Positions 13,001 through 25,507 of a stretch of 64,000 bases of DNA are shown piece by piece. The notes beneath the pieces were generated by a model that did no database searches, was not told the DNA's origin, and saw only the letters and a list, made by a program, of their open reading frames with translations. Position numbers and translations under genes: made by a program. Position 1 is the stretch's first letter; each line of letters starts with the position of its first letter. Origin of the DNA: Antedon mediterranea (Eukaryota > Animalia > Echinodermata). The DNA lies in contig NC_092680.1 of the NCBI RefSeq assembly GCF_964355755.1, forward strand, positions 16,687,045-16,751,044, written 5' to 3'.

Positions 13001-15057
13001 CTGCTATGCCGTATGCAGTTTATGACGTATCAATACTCATTATTGTTAAAGTAAGTGTGTAATTATCCAAAGTACATTCATTTAAAGAGAGTTCAGATTA
13101 CTTACACTCTGGTTTGTCACGTTTGTGGAAATACTACGGATTAAGAAATTATAGAGCTCACGCCCACTGTAAGATGTAATGTTTAATTAAACAATTTCAT
13201 TAAATAAAACGTGCTCTTGAGATGTTGTGTATTACCAGACTGACGGTTAAAATGTACTCTGATAAGTGGCAAAAGGCATAAAAATACCATTTTGTAGTTT
13301 ATTTTTCGATTTTTTACAACGTCCTGACAATATTGCTTTTTGTTATTTTTCATTCTTTTTTCTCGTTTATATCCACATTATCAACGAAAACGACTACCAA
13401 CAATGATACACAACTGATGAGTGTTGGAAGTAGTGCGAGAGTGAGTTGGATCGAAACAATTTTTTTTAAACTTTTGCTATTACTGTTAATGTTACATAAC
13501 ACGGCTGAAATATCTTAGAAGCCGGCTTAATATTATCTTATCGATACCTTGCAGTTTTGCTGTGAACATATTAATCTTTTTCAAATATAATATTTACACA
13601 TACAATTTTATTTAAAATGATACAATTATTGGAAAATTAGTTTTAAAAACATCTAAAACACCTGCTATAAAACTGCATTTTTATTTTGTAGACATAGAAA
13701 ATTGTCCACTTCAAACAGATTTCTCGATTGAAGTATCTAAAATATGAAACACATTTTTCTATAAAGACATAATCATCCAAGCATTAACTTGTGTACTTAT
13801 TTATCGTTTTCCACAAAGACGTAATTTAATGCATTGATAACAGTGGAAATGAGGTAGTTTATTGTTATCTTTGTAATTTGATTTACTGTTAGAATGTAGG
13901 CAGGTGCTATGTATTTTGAAATATTGTTATGAAGAAAATGCCAAAGTATATAAAAGTATACTGTTGTTGATGAAACTACTCGTCAAAGTTGTATACACTA
14001 AATCATGTGAATCTAAATTTAAAACAATGGCTAAACTGAATATTATTGCGCTGTTTGTCATGTTCTAAGTACAGTATTGTAGGCATACAGTATCTCAACT
14101 CCAGACATCATCCTGAACTGGCACAGATAATGGTACACATAATGAATGTTTACGAGTTGAAAGATTGACTGTTCTATTCAACGAAAAAAATGTTTTATGA
14201 TACACAAAAGTAAAGTTTATTTTAATTCATCCGCTGCTTCCATCTTGAATCAATGTCGCAGGTCACTTGCTTAATTATGATGTTTATATTAATATTTTCA
14301 AGATATTAATTCCATGACTCTTTTCCTCTTCAAGGTTGAAAGGAAAAAATTATTACTGTATATATTATGTGATTTTATTATCATTACGATATACATTTAC
14401 TATAATATATTGATTGTTTCAGCATTTTTCTCGGCGGTTTAAATTTTCTCGAAAATTAAAGTTAATTAAATTATATCATCACATAATTATTATTAACAAC
14501 CCATTATAACAAATTAGGCCCTGCATGTGCTGTACTATCTGCTAAATGCACATTAACGATATGCCGGTAATCACACATCATTATTACTGTTACTACACTG
14601 ATTAATTTAAAAAATGGATAATAATGTCAAAGTTCCGGTGTACTCATTCGCTCGATAATTCTACAGTCATGCACTAATTATCACGAACCCTGTTGAAAAT
14701 TGTTTGATAAAACCGACTGATAATGTATAATCATGTAAATTAAAGACATAGGCCTAAGGAAATGACATGTTTTTTTTTTTTGCAATGTAGGCTATACGAA
14801 GAAGCAAGAAAAGTCAAATTGGCTGTTCTCATTCACTTTTATCTCTAATGAACATTTATGTTAGCAAAGAGAAAGAGAGTAACGATCTTTTGCAATACTA
14901 AAAATCGCATGATAGGCCTCCTATCAAGTGTAGCTTTCATAAGCCTGTTTTTTACAAGGCGAATTTGTTCGCGCAAATCAGAGCATGCGTATTATTCATA
15001 CAGTATTTTCATCTTTAAATTCTTCGATAAATTCTAATTCCTTCGAATTTTTCCCTA

Positions 15058-15144
15058 AAAAATGTGATGTGCCCATAATGGACATGGATATAATACTTGG
15101 GCACACTTTTTTTCGTCAAACTAGTTTGATAGTGTAGACAGAGC
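15058..15144 (+). mobile_element. Partial MITE, family ending TCAAACTAGTTTGATAGTGTAGACAGAGC
   Basis: Same 3' terminus and internal TTGGGCAC motif as copies at 18073, 53320 and 54361. Confidence 0.7.
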
Positions 15145-16468
15145 TTTATGCGTAGTAACGAGTTTCTACGTTTTTTTTCGCAACCAATCTGAGATCAGTC
15201 AATGAGTGGTCATGCGTTCATGATTACTAATGCGCAGCAGACACTCGAAGTCAGTAAAAAGATTAAAATTATAATAACAGATTGTATTGAACTTCGATTT
15301 AGGATGAATATTAACTACTCAAAAAAACACACAGATGCCCTACCAACGATTAAACCAATCAGAGTGTTGAACCAATGTGCCTTTGCGGTATTTTCTGATT
15401 GGTTAGCAACTCATTTCCTTCTGAATATGGTAGAGCGGAAAAGTACTAGTAAATGGAACATTTTAAAACCAATCTTCCTGATTATTCTACTCAATCATTA
15501 AACTGAACCCACCTACTTCATCCTTGAAACCATAATGAAAATGTCACCGTTTTTACAAACATAATGAACTCCTGATTTTATGTGCAGGCTATTCATTAGT
15601 AAGGAAAATTGAGGGATGTTATCGACTAAACGTGGGCTTCAAAACATTCAGGTTTCTACTGTCCATAAATTATCATCCTGTGATGAATAAATCTATATAG
15701 TGAATTTTAAACTTGAGCCTGAATATAGTTTCCCGTATATAGTGTTTGTATGTCCTTTATAGCCAATTATTAACATGTTGATCATGGCATAAAACGTAAT
15801 CATTTTCATACTGTTTGCTCATTAAATTTATTTCAAAACATATACAGCATGATGTTAAAAAAATAATGCGAAATTACAACAAGAACCAAGAAGGCGTCAA
15901 GCAATGAAATCAAATTAGATTTAATATTAAAGTTACGTTATACTATTTATAGAAATACATTTTCGCCATTTTTGTCTTCCTCGGTTATAGCTTGAAATTA
16001 AAACATGCTAAATATACTGCACACCTTACGACCTCAAGATCTGGATGGAATCATACCATCAGAATATAGAAAATAATATCACAAGAGAAAACTTTGTTCC
16101 TTCAAGGATACACCCTTCCTAAAACACTCTTTACTGATACACCGTTCAATTTAATACTGATATTATCTATATAAGAACATTTTTATCGTATGTTATTCAA
16201 TAATCAAAAAATGTATAAATTAACGTTTAAACTTCTGTTGTTATATTTCTAAATTATTTTTGTTTACCATAGACCATTTCGAAGAGCATTATATAATGAA
16301 AATGTCATTCATGTCAAATATGTTAATAAATTAAAAACATGAAAAATTCTCTTTTTGTTATACAGATACAGATTACTTTAATTATCCAATATAATGAAAA
16401 TCACAGTGCTCATATCTTGGCTTGCCTAAATAAATATAAAGGAAAAAAGCACTATAAGTACAGTATAA

Positions 16469-16649
16469 AGGGTCTTTCACACCTGTTCCGGCACGGTTCC
16501 GGTCCGGCGCCGGAAAATCCAATCGAACGTCAATGTTTCGTTTTCACGCGGCTACGCGCATATCGATTGGCGCATAGCCGCGTGAAAACGAAACATTGAT
16601 GTTCGATTCGCCGGACCGGAACCGTGCCGGAACAGGTGTGAAAGACCCT
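16469..16649. mobile_element. PIF/Harbinger-type (Tourist-like) MITE, nearly fully palindromic
   Basis: 41-bp perfect TIR AGGGTCTTTCACACCTGTTCCGGCACGGTTCCGGTCCGGCG, second internal inverted arm, TAA target duplication at 16466-16468 and 16650-16652. Confidence 0.95.
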
Positions 16650-17399
16650 TAATCCTATTCATTGCGAAATGAGGCAACCAAAAATATACATTTTCTTTTT
16701 TTATTACAGTAAAGAAACAACATTATCAATAAATAAACTTAAAAGAACATATATTAATAATCATTTTATTTTTAAAACAATTGGTTTTCGATCAATGGAT
16801 GTTATATAATGTTACAACTCAACATCATTAGATAATATTATTATTTTCAGAATGGTATACAGTATGTTGCTTATTCACCTGATTGCCTTTCCCAGCTATA
16901 CTGTAATACTCTCCACGTTCGATATTTATCTGATTAATTCAGCAAGAAAAACTATTAAAATAGATTAATAAATTAAAAGAGTAAAACACACGCGTTTAGA
17001 TTCTGTAACTTAAGCCAGTAGAACATTACCTTTAGCCTATATAAGTCACTGGCTTTACATACATGCAATGCTTGTGTTCATTAAATGTTCTACTTTCTCG
17101 GCTTACATAAATTCATTTTTGTCAACTTTTTGGCGACTCGATATACATTTTGAAAACGTTTTACTTTTTAGTACAGCATAAGTTTTTGAATTGATCGATT
17201 GCACTTTAAAATACGACATCCAATAGATAAAAAACATACAAAATTAGTTATTAGGGAACTATTTTTTCAAAGAAGCGTAAAGTAACAGTTACCTAATTCT
17301 GTCACTAGATACTTTCTAACTGACTTGCAATAGTCAGTTAGATACAACTTAGTGATATATATAACTTTATTCACAATCTCAGATTAAAAGCATACATAA

Positions 17400-17820
17400 A
17401 TATTTTATTTTTATTTTATTTATTAAATGCGAAGTACATACAAAATTATTTGAAGTTGCGAATGGGGTTAACCTGTAAGGAACAGTTTTAGACGCAAAGC
17501 CCCTTTAAATGAATACATTTGAAATAATTAAATAAGTAAATAAAATCAGTACCATATTAATTGTAACGATAATAATAACAATACTAACACTAGAAATAGA
17601 TGTGATAATAACAAATCCAATGCTGGAAAAATGAATTAAACAAGAACTTATAATTAAAGATAACTGGTAACAAACATATCATGAATTGTATGTTTGAACA
17701 TATCAATACTAGTTAACATTTTAATGTCATTGTGTTGTTCATTCCACACGTTAGTGTCTCTGTATGTGATACTTTGTTGACTCAATAGGGTCCTTTTAAA
17801 AGCAGTGCTTAAATTGTCTT
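17400..17820 (-). mobile_element. CR1/L2-group LINE 3' remnant
   Basis: Minus translation QSITYRDTNVWNEQHNDIKMLTSIDMFK resembles the ORF2 C-terminal WN..IK..S..FK motif; AATAAA-rich tail near 17400. Confidence 0.55.
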
Positions 17821-18072
17821 ATCTGCCGCATCGGATGCAACAATGGCCAGAAGTTTACTGATGATTGACTGCCAGTTGCTTCCAGATACCAGTTAACCTG
17901 CAGATTATGCGTTAACATATAATTATAGTAAAACAAACAACCGGGTTGTTTGTGTTTTGTTTTGTTTGTTTTTTATGTTTGTTTGTATTTTGGGATTTTC
18001 TTTTTGGCTTAATTGAAATCAAAGTTCAAATTATCTACGCGCATCCAATTTTCTGAAACATGTAACATATAA

Positions 18073-18219
18073 AGTTATGTCTATACCATCAAACTTTGTG
18101 TGACAACAAAATGTAATCTGCCCATATATGGACAGGCTGATGCCATATTTGGGCACATAACACTTTTTTGGTCAAACTAGTTTGATATTGGAGACTAGTT
18201 TGATAGTGTAGACAGAGGT
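18073..18219 (+). mobile_element. MITE (GTCTACACTATCAAACT TIR family)
   Basis: Imperfect TIR TGTCTATACCATCAAACT / AGTTTGATAGTGTAGACA; homologous to 53320-53503. Confidence 0.75.
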
Positions 18220-20317
18220 TAAGTCCTCGGCGCCATGTTGAGAAACCAGATCGGTGGAATGGCGCTATACAAAAGACGTTATCATTATCTAATAGTCTCA
18301 ACATTGACTGTTTCCATAATTATTTCTGTCATTATTATCTTGTATTATTTATAAAAGTGTAGGCAAATATGTTTACAACTTCCGAAAAACATTTAAAGTA
18401 ACATTCTTTGAAACTATTGGATCCCTAACTATCTGTAAACCATATTGTAGCATTTTTTGTCTTTAGACGGGTTTGTCAAGATAGAAAAATTACTATTATC
18501 TGCTTCAAATTTTGGAAATGGTCGTCATATCGATTGTAATATAATACGTCTATAGGGACTAAATGATATATAATTCAGTTTGTAGTCCGTTTTACGTTTC
18601 TCTAATTTTTGTTTTGTTTATGTTATTGAACTATGATACAATAGATTATATATTATAAGATGAATCTTACAATAAAGATTTACAATTAGATTATCTTGTC
18701 TGTCAATGGTATTATATTTCTCGTGAAATTAAGATAAAACTGTTGATGAGGTGTGATTGACATTACAAATTACGTATTGTAGTAGTCGTAAGAGTAAGAT
18801 TGATAAAAAAAACATTTTATGCATGCGTTCGTGCTATTTGGCTTTTAGAATTGTATCATTCATGTCATACTGGGCACATACACTAACGTCACTCATGAGG
18901 TTAGCTAATATCCAGAAACCACAACTGGCACGTATCATGGATTCTTTCACCTTAAACATCATCCCATAATGTCTTGTTTGGATCACGCCCTCTTTAAAAC
19001 TTAACATTAGAAACAATCTATAAATTGAATTTATCAATTTAAGACACGATAAAGAAATAATATCGTATCCTCATGTAAGGTTCCATCACGTCTACTACGC
19101 ACAATTCTTTTGCGCGCAGTGACTGAAACGTAAAGATGGCGACCAAAAAGGTATATAGCGGGCGCTGTTGTAATGTATCATCTTCCAAATTTGATTTGGT
19201 AGTACTTTTTTTCAGAAACAATCATCACTTCCAACTTCCTCTGTCAAAAATTTTACTTTTAAAGTAATGCACCATTCTTGGCATATGCTTAAAATTAAAG
19301 ATTCAAAATTTGTTGAGCTAGAGGATGAAAAAAGAATAATTTGTCCATGTAACACTGTGAATTTAAATTGAATAAGGAAAAGCCTCTTTAAAGACTCAAT
19401 CTTGTTTATGAGATTTGCACCAAAAAACCCGATTATATACAATTAGTTTAATTTGTTTTTCAAAATTTATCAACATAAAAAAGTGAACTAAATTATAGTG
19501 CTTTATATCGAATTGTAGAATTTATTTAGTGGATGTTGATTAAAAACAACGAGTCTAAAAATGTTGCCGAAAACGAACCGTTGTTGGGAGTCGCGTCATA
19601 ATCAAAATCATATTCATGTTTATCATCACAAAGTTAACCTGTATTATGCATTAGAGTTTTTTTTTTAATACAACGTTTTACATAAACATCAATCGTTCAC
19701 TGATACTAATGGGACGTGCACGATGAAGTTGTAACGTACCGTATTAATCAAACAGTTTTTGCAAATGCTAACGGAAGAGAACCCTCTAACGCCCGTCAAA
19801 CTGTCTCAAACCAGCCTAATTAATATACGTAACGTACATTGATATAGTCATAGTACATAATTTTATTTTTGATTGGCCCACAGCGATCGTCTGTTCTAGA
19901 TTATTATTATTGGCTTTATATAAGAACCGCGTATCCTCACATATTTACGTATTCGCGGAAATTTCAGTGTAGAAGATATATGAGAAATTATCTCTTAGCC
20001 AATAACGATAGCACGTACGCCGCCATTGGGAACAAATAATAATTTCATATTTTGGACCATCGAAATAATTATTGCTTACTAAAATATCAATCACTCTAAA
20101 TCGATGCGTAATGAGATGACAAGTTGATACGAATCGTTCTCTGTCTATCTTGTCACATCTATTGAAATTTAAATACGTTGGGTGTATATGTATTATACGG
20201 TGACTGTCAACTGCACGTGCGAATACAACCGATGGCTAAAATTGTCTGCAAAACGGACACAAAATAAAGCAACACGATATTCCTACTGTTTAATTTGATA
20301 TTAACTTGATTTTCTAA

Positions 20318-20600
20318 CTCTTCAGATCACTATATCGGTCGGTTGGTCGGTCGGTCGGTTGTTCGTTCGATCGGTCTAGCTAAGTCAATTTTTAAAGAGT
20401 ATATTCCTTGTGGCCAGGACTCGATGTTATGTTTTTCACGGTGCGCAATCAAAAGGTACGCGGTCTACGCACGACTTAACGAAATCACGTTTGTAAACAT
20501 ATCTTCACAAGCATGAATCACAATTAAATAAAATGTGGTACTCATATCATTTGGCAATACAATAATTACGTGCGTAGCGCATGTGACGCATGCGTACGCG
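20318..20600 (+). mobile_element. 5' part of a long HINE
   Basis: CTCTTCAGATCACTAT + (GGTC)n followed by ~250 bp homologous to the reverse complement of 33243-33465. Confidence 0.75.
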
Positions 20601-20809
20601 CGCTTAACATTTTGTAAATTGTCAAATTTATTTTAGATGAAATTAGAGTACGTTTCAGGCAATTTTAAGCGTTTAAAAAATTGCAGATTTTTGCAAGCGC
20701 ACTGCACGTTAAACGTATACACACTCCTTCTTCCCCATTTTTTTCTTTAATAATGTCATCTATGTAATAATAATATATATATATAGTTTTTATGGGGTAA
20801 ACATTTTTT

Positions 20810-23450
20810 TTTTTAATTAAAAGAAAAAGCTATATAAAACCTATTACAGAAGGAGGGCTCAACATGACACACTTTAGCACAATGGTTTAATTCCTCAAAG
20901 CTTAGTTGGGTTAAGAGACTGCGAAGTCCTGACCCGGGTAAATGGAAATGTGTACCAAGATATTATTATGTATCCTTTTGAATGCACGTTCAATATTACC
21001 CAGATTAATTTTGAATTTTGTATTTTTTTTTTTTTTTTTTTTTTTCATTTCATTTATTTCAATATCATTATCGCAGCCTTAGCTGAATTACAAAGATATT
21101 TACATTTGTTCAATATTAAAATTTGTAAAAAAGTATAAAACCAATGATAAAAAAATATAAAAAAGGAGGAAATTTACACAAGAAATACAATACAGGAACA
21201 TTCAAAAAGTTTAGCTTAAAATATTAAAATAGAAAAAAAAAACACCTAAAAGCATCAATAAAAATCGCAAAGCTGTACTGGGTGATATATACAGATTATT
21301 CATTTAGAAGCGAGATAAGGTATGGAATTGCACTTTTTCTATATCTTTCAACTCTGCATTTGGGTTGTTGATACTTTACACGTCTTAGTTTCATGTTACT
21401 TACATTCTTCACTGGAAACCATTTTCCAAAATGAATACTTTTTAAACAATTCAGAGCAAACTTATAGCATAGATTACGCCTTCTATCAGATAAAGTGTCT
21501 AAAGAAAGATCATTGAGTGCTTGGTCATAACATATGTAGTCATTACACAATATTATTCTGCAAGCCCTTTTTTGGACAGATTCTATCATATCACTTTGTT
21601 TCTTAGTGAGACTAGAATGCCATACTGGGACAGCATATTCAACACTTGGTCTTATGTAACTCTTAAATACATCTACAAGATCAAATTTCGGAAGATTGAA
21701 CTTTCTTAATCTACATAATATATGCAGACGTCTGCTGGCTTTGGATACAATTTCTTTAACATTACGGTCCCATTTGAGGTTAGCTTGAATCCATAAACCT
21801 AGTAACTTAGTTTCATTAACGATTTCAATTGTAGCATTACCAATGAAAAGGGGTTCATGTTCATATTGATTTCTTTGAAAGTTAAAATACATAGTTTTAC
21901 ATTTAGTTGGGTTAAGTTTTAGTTTGTTTTCATTAGACCATACATTCAGTAAAGCAACATCATTCTGAATTGAGGAAATTACATCCTTTTTTACTATCTG
22001 TCCTATGCACAAATCATCTACATATTTCCAAGTTTTACATGGCGAGTCTTGCATGGCATCATTAATTAGAGCAAGAAAGATCATAGGCCCAAGGAGCGTA
22101 CCTTGAGGGACGCCACATGTTAGATTAACACTCATTGATAAGGTGGATTTATAGCGTACTTGTTGGGTTCTGTTTGATAAAAAGCTAATTAACCACGGTA
22201 CAATTTCAGGTCTACAATACAATATTCAGGCATATTGTATGCCTGAATTTTACCAAGAAATGTTAAAAGTAACAGTGTACTTCAATGATATTAATAATGC
22301 ATACCCAGCAAATGCAGTAGAAACACAGCAATTGTGGGAAAATAATAAATAATAATAAAATTTAATGAAAAAAAACAATATATTTCAAAAATTGGTTACA
22401 AGCAGGGTACAAAACAGTAAAAGATATATATATTTATATATTTTATATATATAGTAAATTATAGATTAATATCATTCGAAGAAGTAATCCCCAACCTTTC
22501 AAAACAACAAAATAGTATTTTCGGTACCCTGAAACTTAAAGTCTTCATTACTGTTTTTGTCCTGTTTCCGGTTCCCGTGTTGTCCTGTTTTTTGGTTTTT
22601 TTTTCAGTTTCTATGGGCTGCCTTATACAAGCTTTGCTTTTTAGGAATGTTGCCCCTCTTATTTTAATAATTTTTACTGTTATTTTTTATTTTCTATGAA
22701 AAACAAGAGAAATAAATGTTACTTTGATTGTTTGATTGAGTCTTTTATGTTAATAAATACAATTCCTTCTGAGTGGAAGAAAATAATTTCAAATAATGAA
22801 ATTCAAAGAGACAACAACTTTATTCTAAAAAACACAAAAACTCATTTCACTATAGACAACTTATCAATAATATTTAAATTGCGCCATCTTGTGAATCGAA
22901 ATGAGAAACACATTTTAGAAATGTAAATCTCGATTAGAAAGAAATATGGTATAAAAAGTTTATAGTATAACAACATAGAAAAGACTGCTAAACACTTAAC
23001 GAAACAGTTAATAACTGGATAGAAATAGGCCTAGTTACAACAAGTAAAAATGTAAATGGATTAATCTCATTGTTAACATTTTGTATTTACAAATCTATAT
23101 CAAATCTTCAGAAAAATACGGCTATACAAAAAGATCAACGATGATTTGGAGGTTGTTCCGAGTAGAACTCAGACATTTATTAGCTAACCAATATGCTTGT
23201 AATGTATATAAAGCTCACAATGGGTAAAAGTAAAAGATAAATTAATGAATCACAAAACTCGTTTTTTTCTTTTTCTCTTTCTTTCTTTTTTCTTCTTCTA
23301 TATTGAGAAAAATTAAAAAGAATACAGAAGTAACTTTGTTAATACACTTATTGTAATTTATTATATAACAGAAAGATGAAAAGGAAGGAATGAAACATAG
23401 AAAGAAAAAATAACGCTTCAATACGTTAGCCAAATTCTATAAGAGGGTAT
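20810..23450 (+). mobile_element. Decayed L1/Tx1 LINE ORF2, split by a younger LINE
   Basis: EGGLNM..KLSWVKRL..PGKWKCVP at 20850-20960 (same region as the 9290-10000 element) and LINTIPSEWKKII at 22750-22790. Confidence 0.6.
21023..22222 (-). mobile_element. 5'-truncated CR1-group (Rex1/Babar- or Crack-like) LINE with open RT ORF
   Basis: ORF 21296..22222: WLISFLSNRTQQV, GVPQGTLLGP, YVDD, LNPTKC, KLLG, RYRKSAIPY; AATAAA and poly(A) tail at 21023-21060 on minus strand. Confidence 0.95.
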
Positions 23451-23755
23451 GTGCCAATATAACCTATAATGTTATGTTTTAAAAGATATCTCTTTTAAAC
23501 ATTGTACATACATGTTATAAACACATTTTTTAAATATTTAATCTTTGTATATCTTTGTACGTCAAGGAATGGAATAATGAGTGATTGATTGAAAGAGAAA
23601 AAAAAATAATGTCATCATATTTGATTCACTTTCCAACTCGAAATTACGTTATATGAGCACGTCAAAAGTGCAGTGACAGGCTACGGATGTGTAAATTAAA
23701 AAAATATAAATATTTTTAAACATTTTCAACATTTTTAAACATGTTCTGCAATTTC

Positions 23756-23832
23756 TGTCGGCGGTCGGTTGGTTGATCGGTCGGTAAACACTAACTTGAG
23801 CACGCGACTGCAGCCATGTATATGGCCTTGTT
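23756..23832 (+). mobile_element. HINE 3' portion
   Basis: (GGTC)n, TAAACACTAACTTGAGCACGCGACT, GCCATGTATATGGC hairpin, CTTGTT. Confidence 0.8.
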
Positions 23833-24210
23833 AAACTTAAATGACCATTCTATTCACGAAGTTTTAAGTACGAAATAACAAGAAAAATAAAACGTGCATT
23901 AAGAATGATTAAATGTCATTCGGAGCTTTAAAAATGTCATACTTCAGTTTAGTTAGTGAGTATTTTGTCTCCAGTACTTTTCGAATGTGTTGTTTGAAAA
24001 TAATGACGTCACTTAAATTTACCTGAATGAGGGCGCTGCCAATGATGTTTAATCAGAGCCATATATAAAAAGTTACGACATTGAAAATTAGAAGCCATTT
24101 TTGTGTCAAAGAATTCGCACGCTGAGGGCGCGTGCGTCTCTTTTGTATAGCTTTTTCCCATAGTTTATGCATTATTTTTAGTTTTTATTTTAGTATATAT
24201 ATATATATAT

Positions 24211-24384
24211 AAATCCAAAGGCAAATTACTGAAAAAATGACAATGCTGTGGGTATCAGTGGCTGGATCTCAATGGAGATACAAAAAAAAGCAAATAGCTA
24301 TATCAAAACGATAAAGTAAACAGCCAGAAAAGTTAGCAGAGCTTTTTTCCGAGCAACACTAGCTCTTCATCAGTGCAAGTGAGG

Positions 24385-24387
<3 letters not shown>
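24211..24387 (-). mobile_element. Penelope-like element terminal (pLTR) fragment between (TA)n tracts
   Basis: Near-identical to 25505-25670 and to the reverse complement of 59578-59710; carries a hammerhead motif. Confidence 0.75.
24331..24378 (-). ncRNA. Minimal type I hammerhead ribozyme, probably disabled
   Basis: Minus strand TTGCA-CTGATGA-A-GAGC-TAGTGTT-GCTC-GGAAAAAA-GC-TC-TGCTAA; the GAAA core is expanded. Confidence 0.65.
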
Positions 24388-24415
<28 letters not shown>

Positions 24416-24451
24416 CGTTAAGTCTGGAAAATAAGTAAAAACTACAGTTTG

Positions 24452-24500
24452 GTCTCTACAGGCTTGTTTCGTGAGTCGTGCAACTCACTCATCAGGAGAC
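24452..24500 (-). ncRNA. Type I hammerhead ribozyme, intact core
   Basis: Minus strand GTCTC-CTGATGA-GTGAGT(TGCACG)ACTCAC-GAAA-CA(AGCC)TG-TA-GAGAC: stem I 5 bp, stem II 6 bp, short stem III, GUA cleavage triplet. Confidence 0.9.
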
Positions 24501-24585
24501 TATAATGAGAAGAATCAATTACAACGCTGCTTATAAGCACATTTACTTGTAGAATTAGCATTTACAGGTGATATGTTTTGGAATG

Positions 24586-24882
24586 TCAGCTGTTATGTAA
24601 CAATGCTTTCTTTCTGTGCCGGCAGGCGGACACAAGTTCGTTACGTTTGTTTAATGTCGATAATTCAGGGTGGCGGATGATAAATAATTTCTCTTTGAGG
24701 CAGAGATTGCATTTTTTGTTTGCGCTACTATATGCTTTAGTAGATGTCAAGATGCGCCATGAGATTGTATAGTCTGTGTTATTGTCCTTGAGTGTCCAAA
24801 TATGTTTACTGAGTTCAGTTGAGTTTCTAGAACGTGAATTACGGAATGATGAGGTGTGATTTCTGTATCGTGTTTTAAAACA
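24586..24882 (-). mobile_element. Penelope-like retroelement GIY-YIG endonuclease C-terminal fragment
   Basis: Open frame FKTRYRNHTSSFRN..STELSKHIWTLK..ISWRIL..CNLCLKEKLFII..LNKRNELVSACRHRKK-stop, followed downstream by the hammerhead and (TA)n. Confidence 0.85.
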
Positions 24883-25022
24883 CTATACGAGCCGGTAATC
24901 CAGACAAGACGAATTAATGTTCATTGCCTAATGTGTTTATATATATATAGTGCTGTTTCGCCGTACCACGCCGAGAATGTTAAAGAGTCGCTATCCAATC
25001 GAGTTTGAACAATACAATAAAA

Positions 25023-25094
25023 GCCCCAGTGGTCTAATGGTTAGGACATCTGCATATCAAGCAGGTGGTCCGAGTTCGAGGCTCGGTTGGCGCG
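25023..25094 (+). tRNA. tRNA-Asp(ATC)-like cloverleaf; pseudogene or SINE head
   Basis: Acceptor 6/7 paired, D stem GTCT/GGAC, anticodon stem TCTGC/GCAGG with loop ATATCAA, T stem CCGAG/CTCGG, G discriminator, TTTTT directly downstream; non-canonical A32 and T-loop. Confidence 0.6.
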
Positions 25095-25393
25095 AATTTT
25101 TCTCATTCTCACAGATTTCCTCATCCTTATCGTTTCAAATTATTTAATTAAATTTCAGTATATCACCGGGCGGTTTAGAATTTATGTTCTTTGCCTCATG
25201 TGTGTGTGTATATATATACACACACACATCCCACCAGAGACATTTTTTCATACAACTAAAAAAATACGGAACTTTCGCCAATGAGCTATGCTCGACGCGA
25301 TTATGAGATCATGTTCCGAATATGAGCACTGTTTCTATAATTTACAGTATGATTTATATATAATTTACACAGTGCTACGCAACATCATTGATT

Positions 25394-25414
25394 TATATAT
25401 ATATATATATATAT

Positions 25415-25505
<91 letters not shown>
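25394..25505. repeat. (TA)n microsatellite
   Basis: About 110 bp with one interruption; further (TA)n tracts at 24194, 24388, 24938, 25747. Confidence 0.98.

Positions 25506-25507
<2 letters not shown>

Noticed and set aside
13413-13460. CTGATGA...GAAAC hammerhead-like spacing
   Set aside because: No pairing for stems I, II or III
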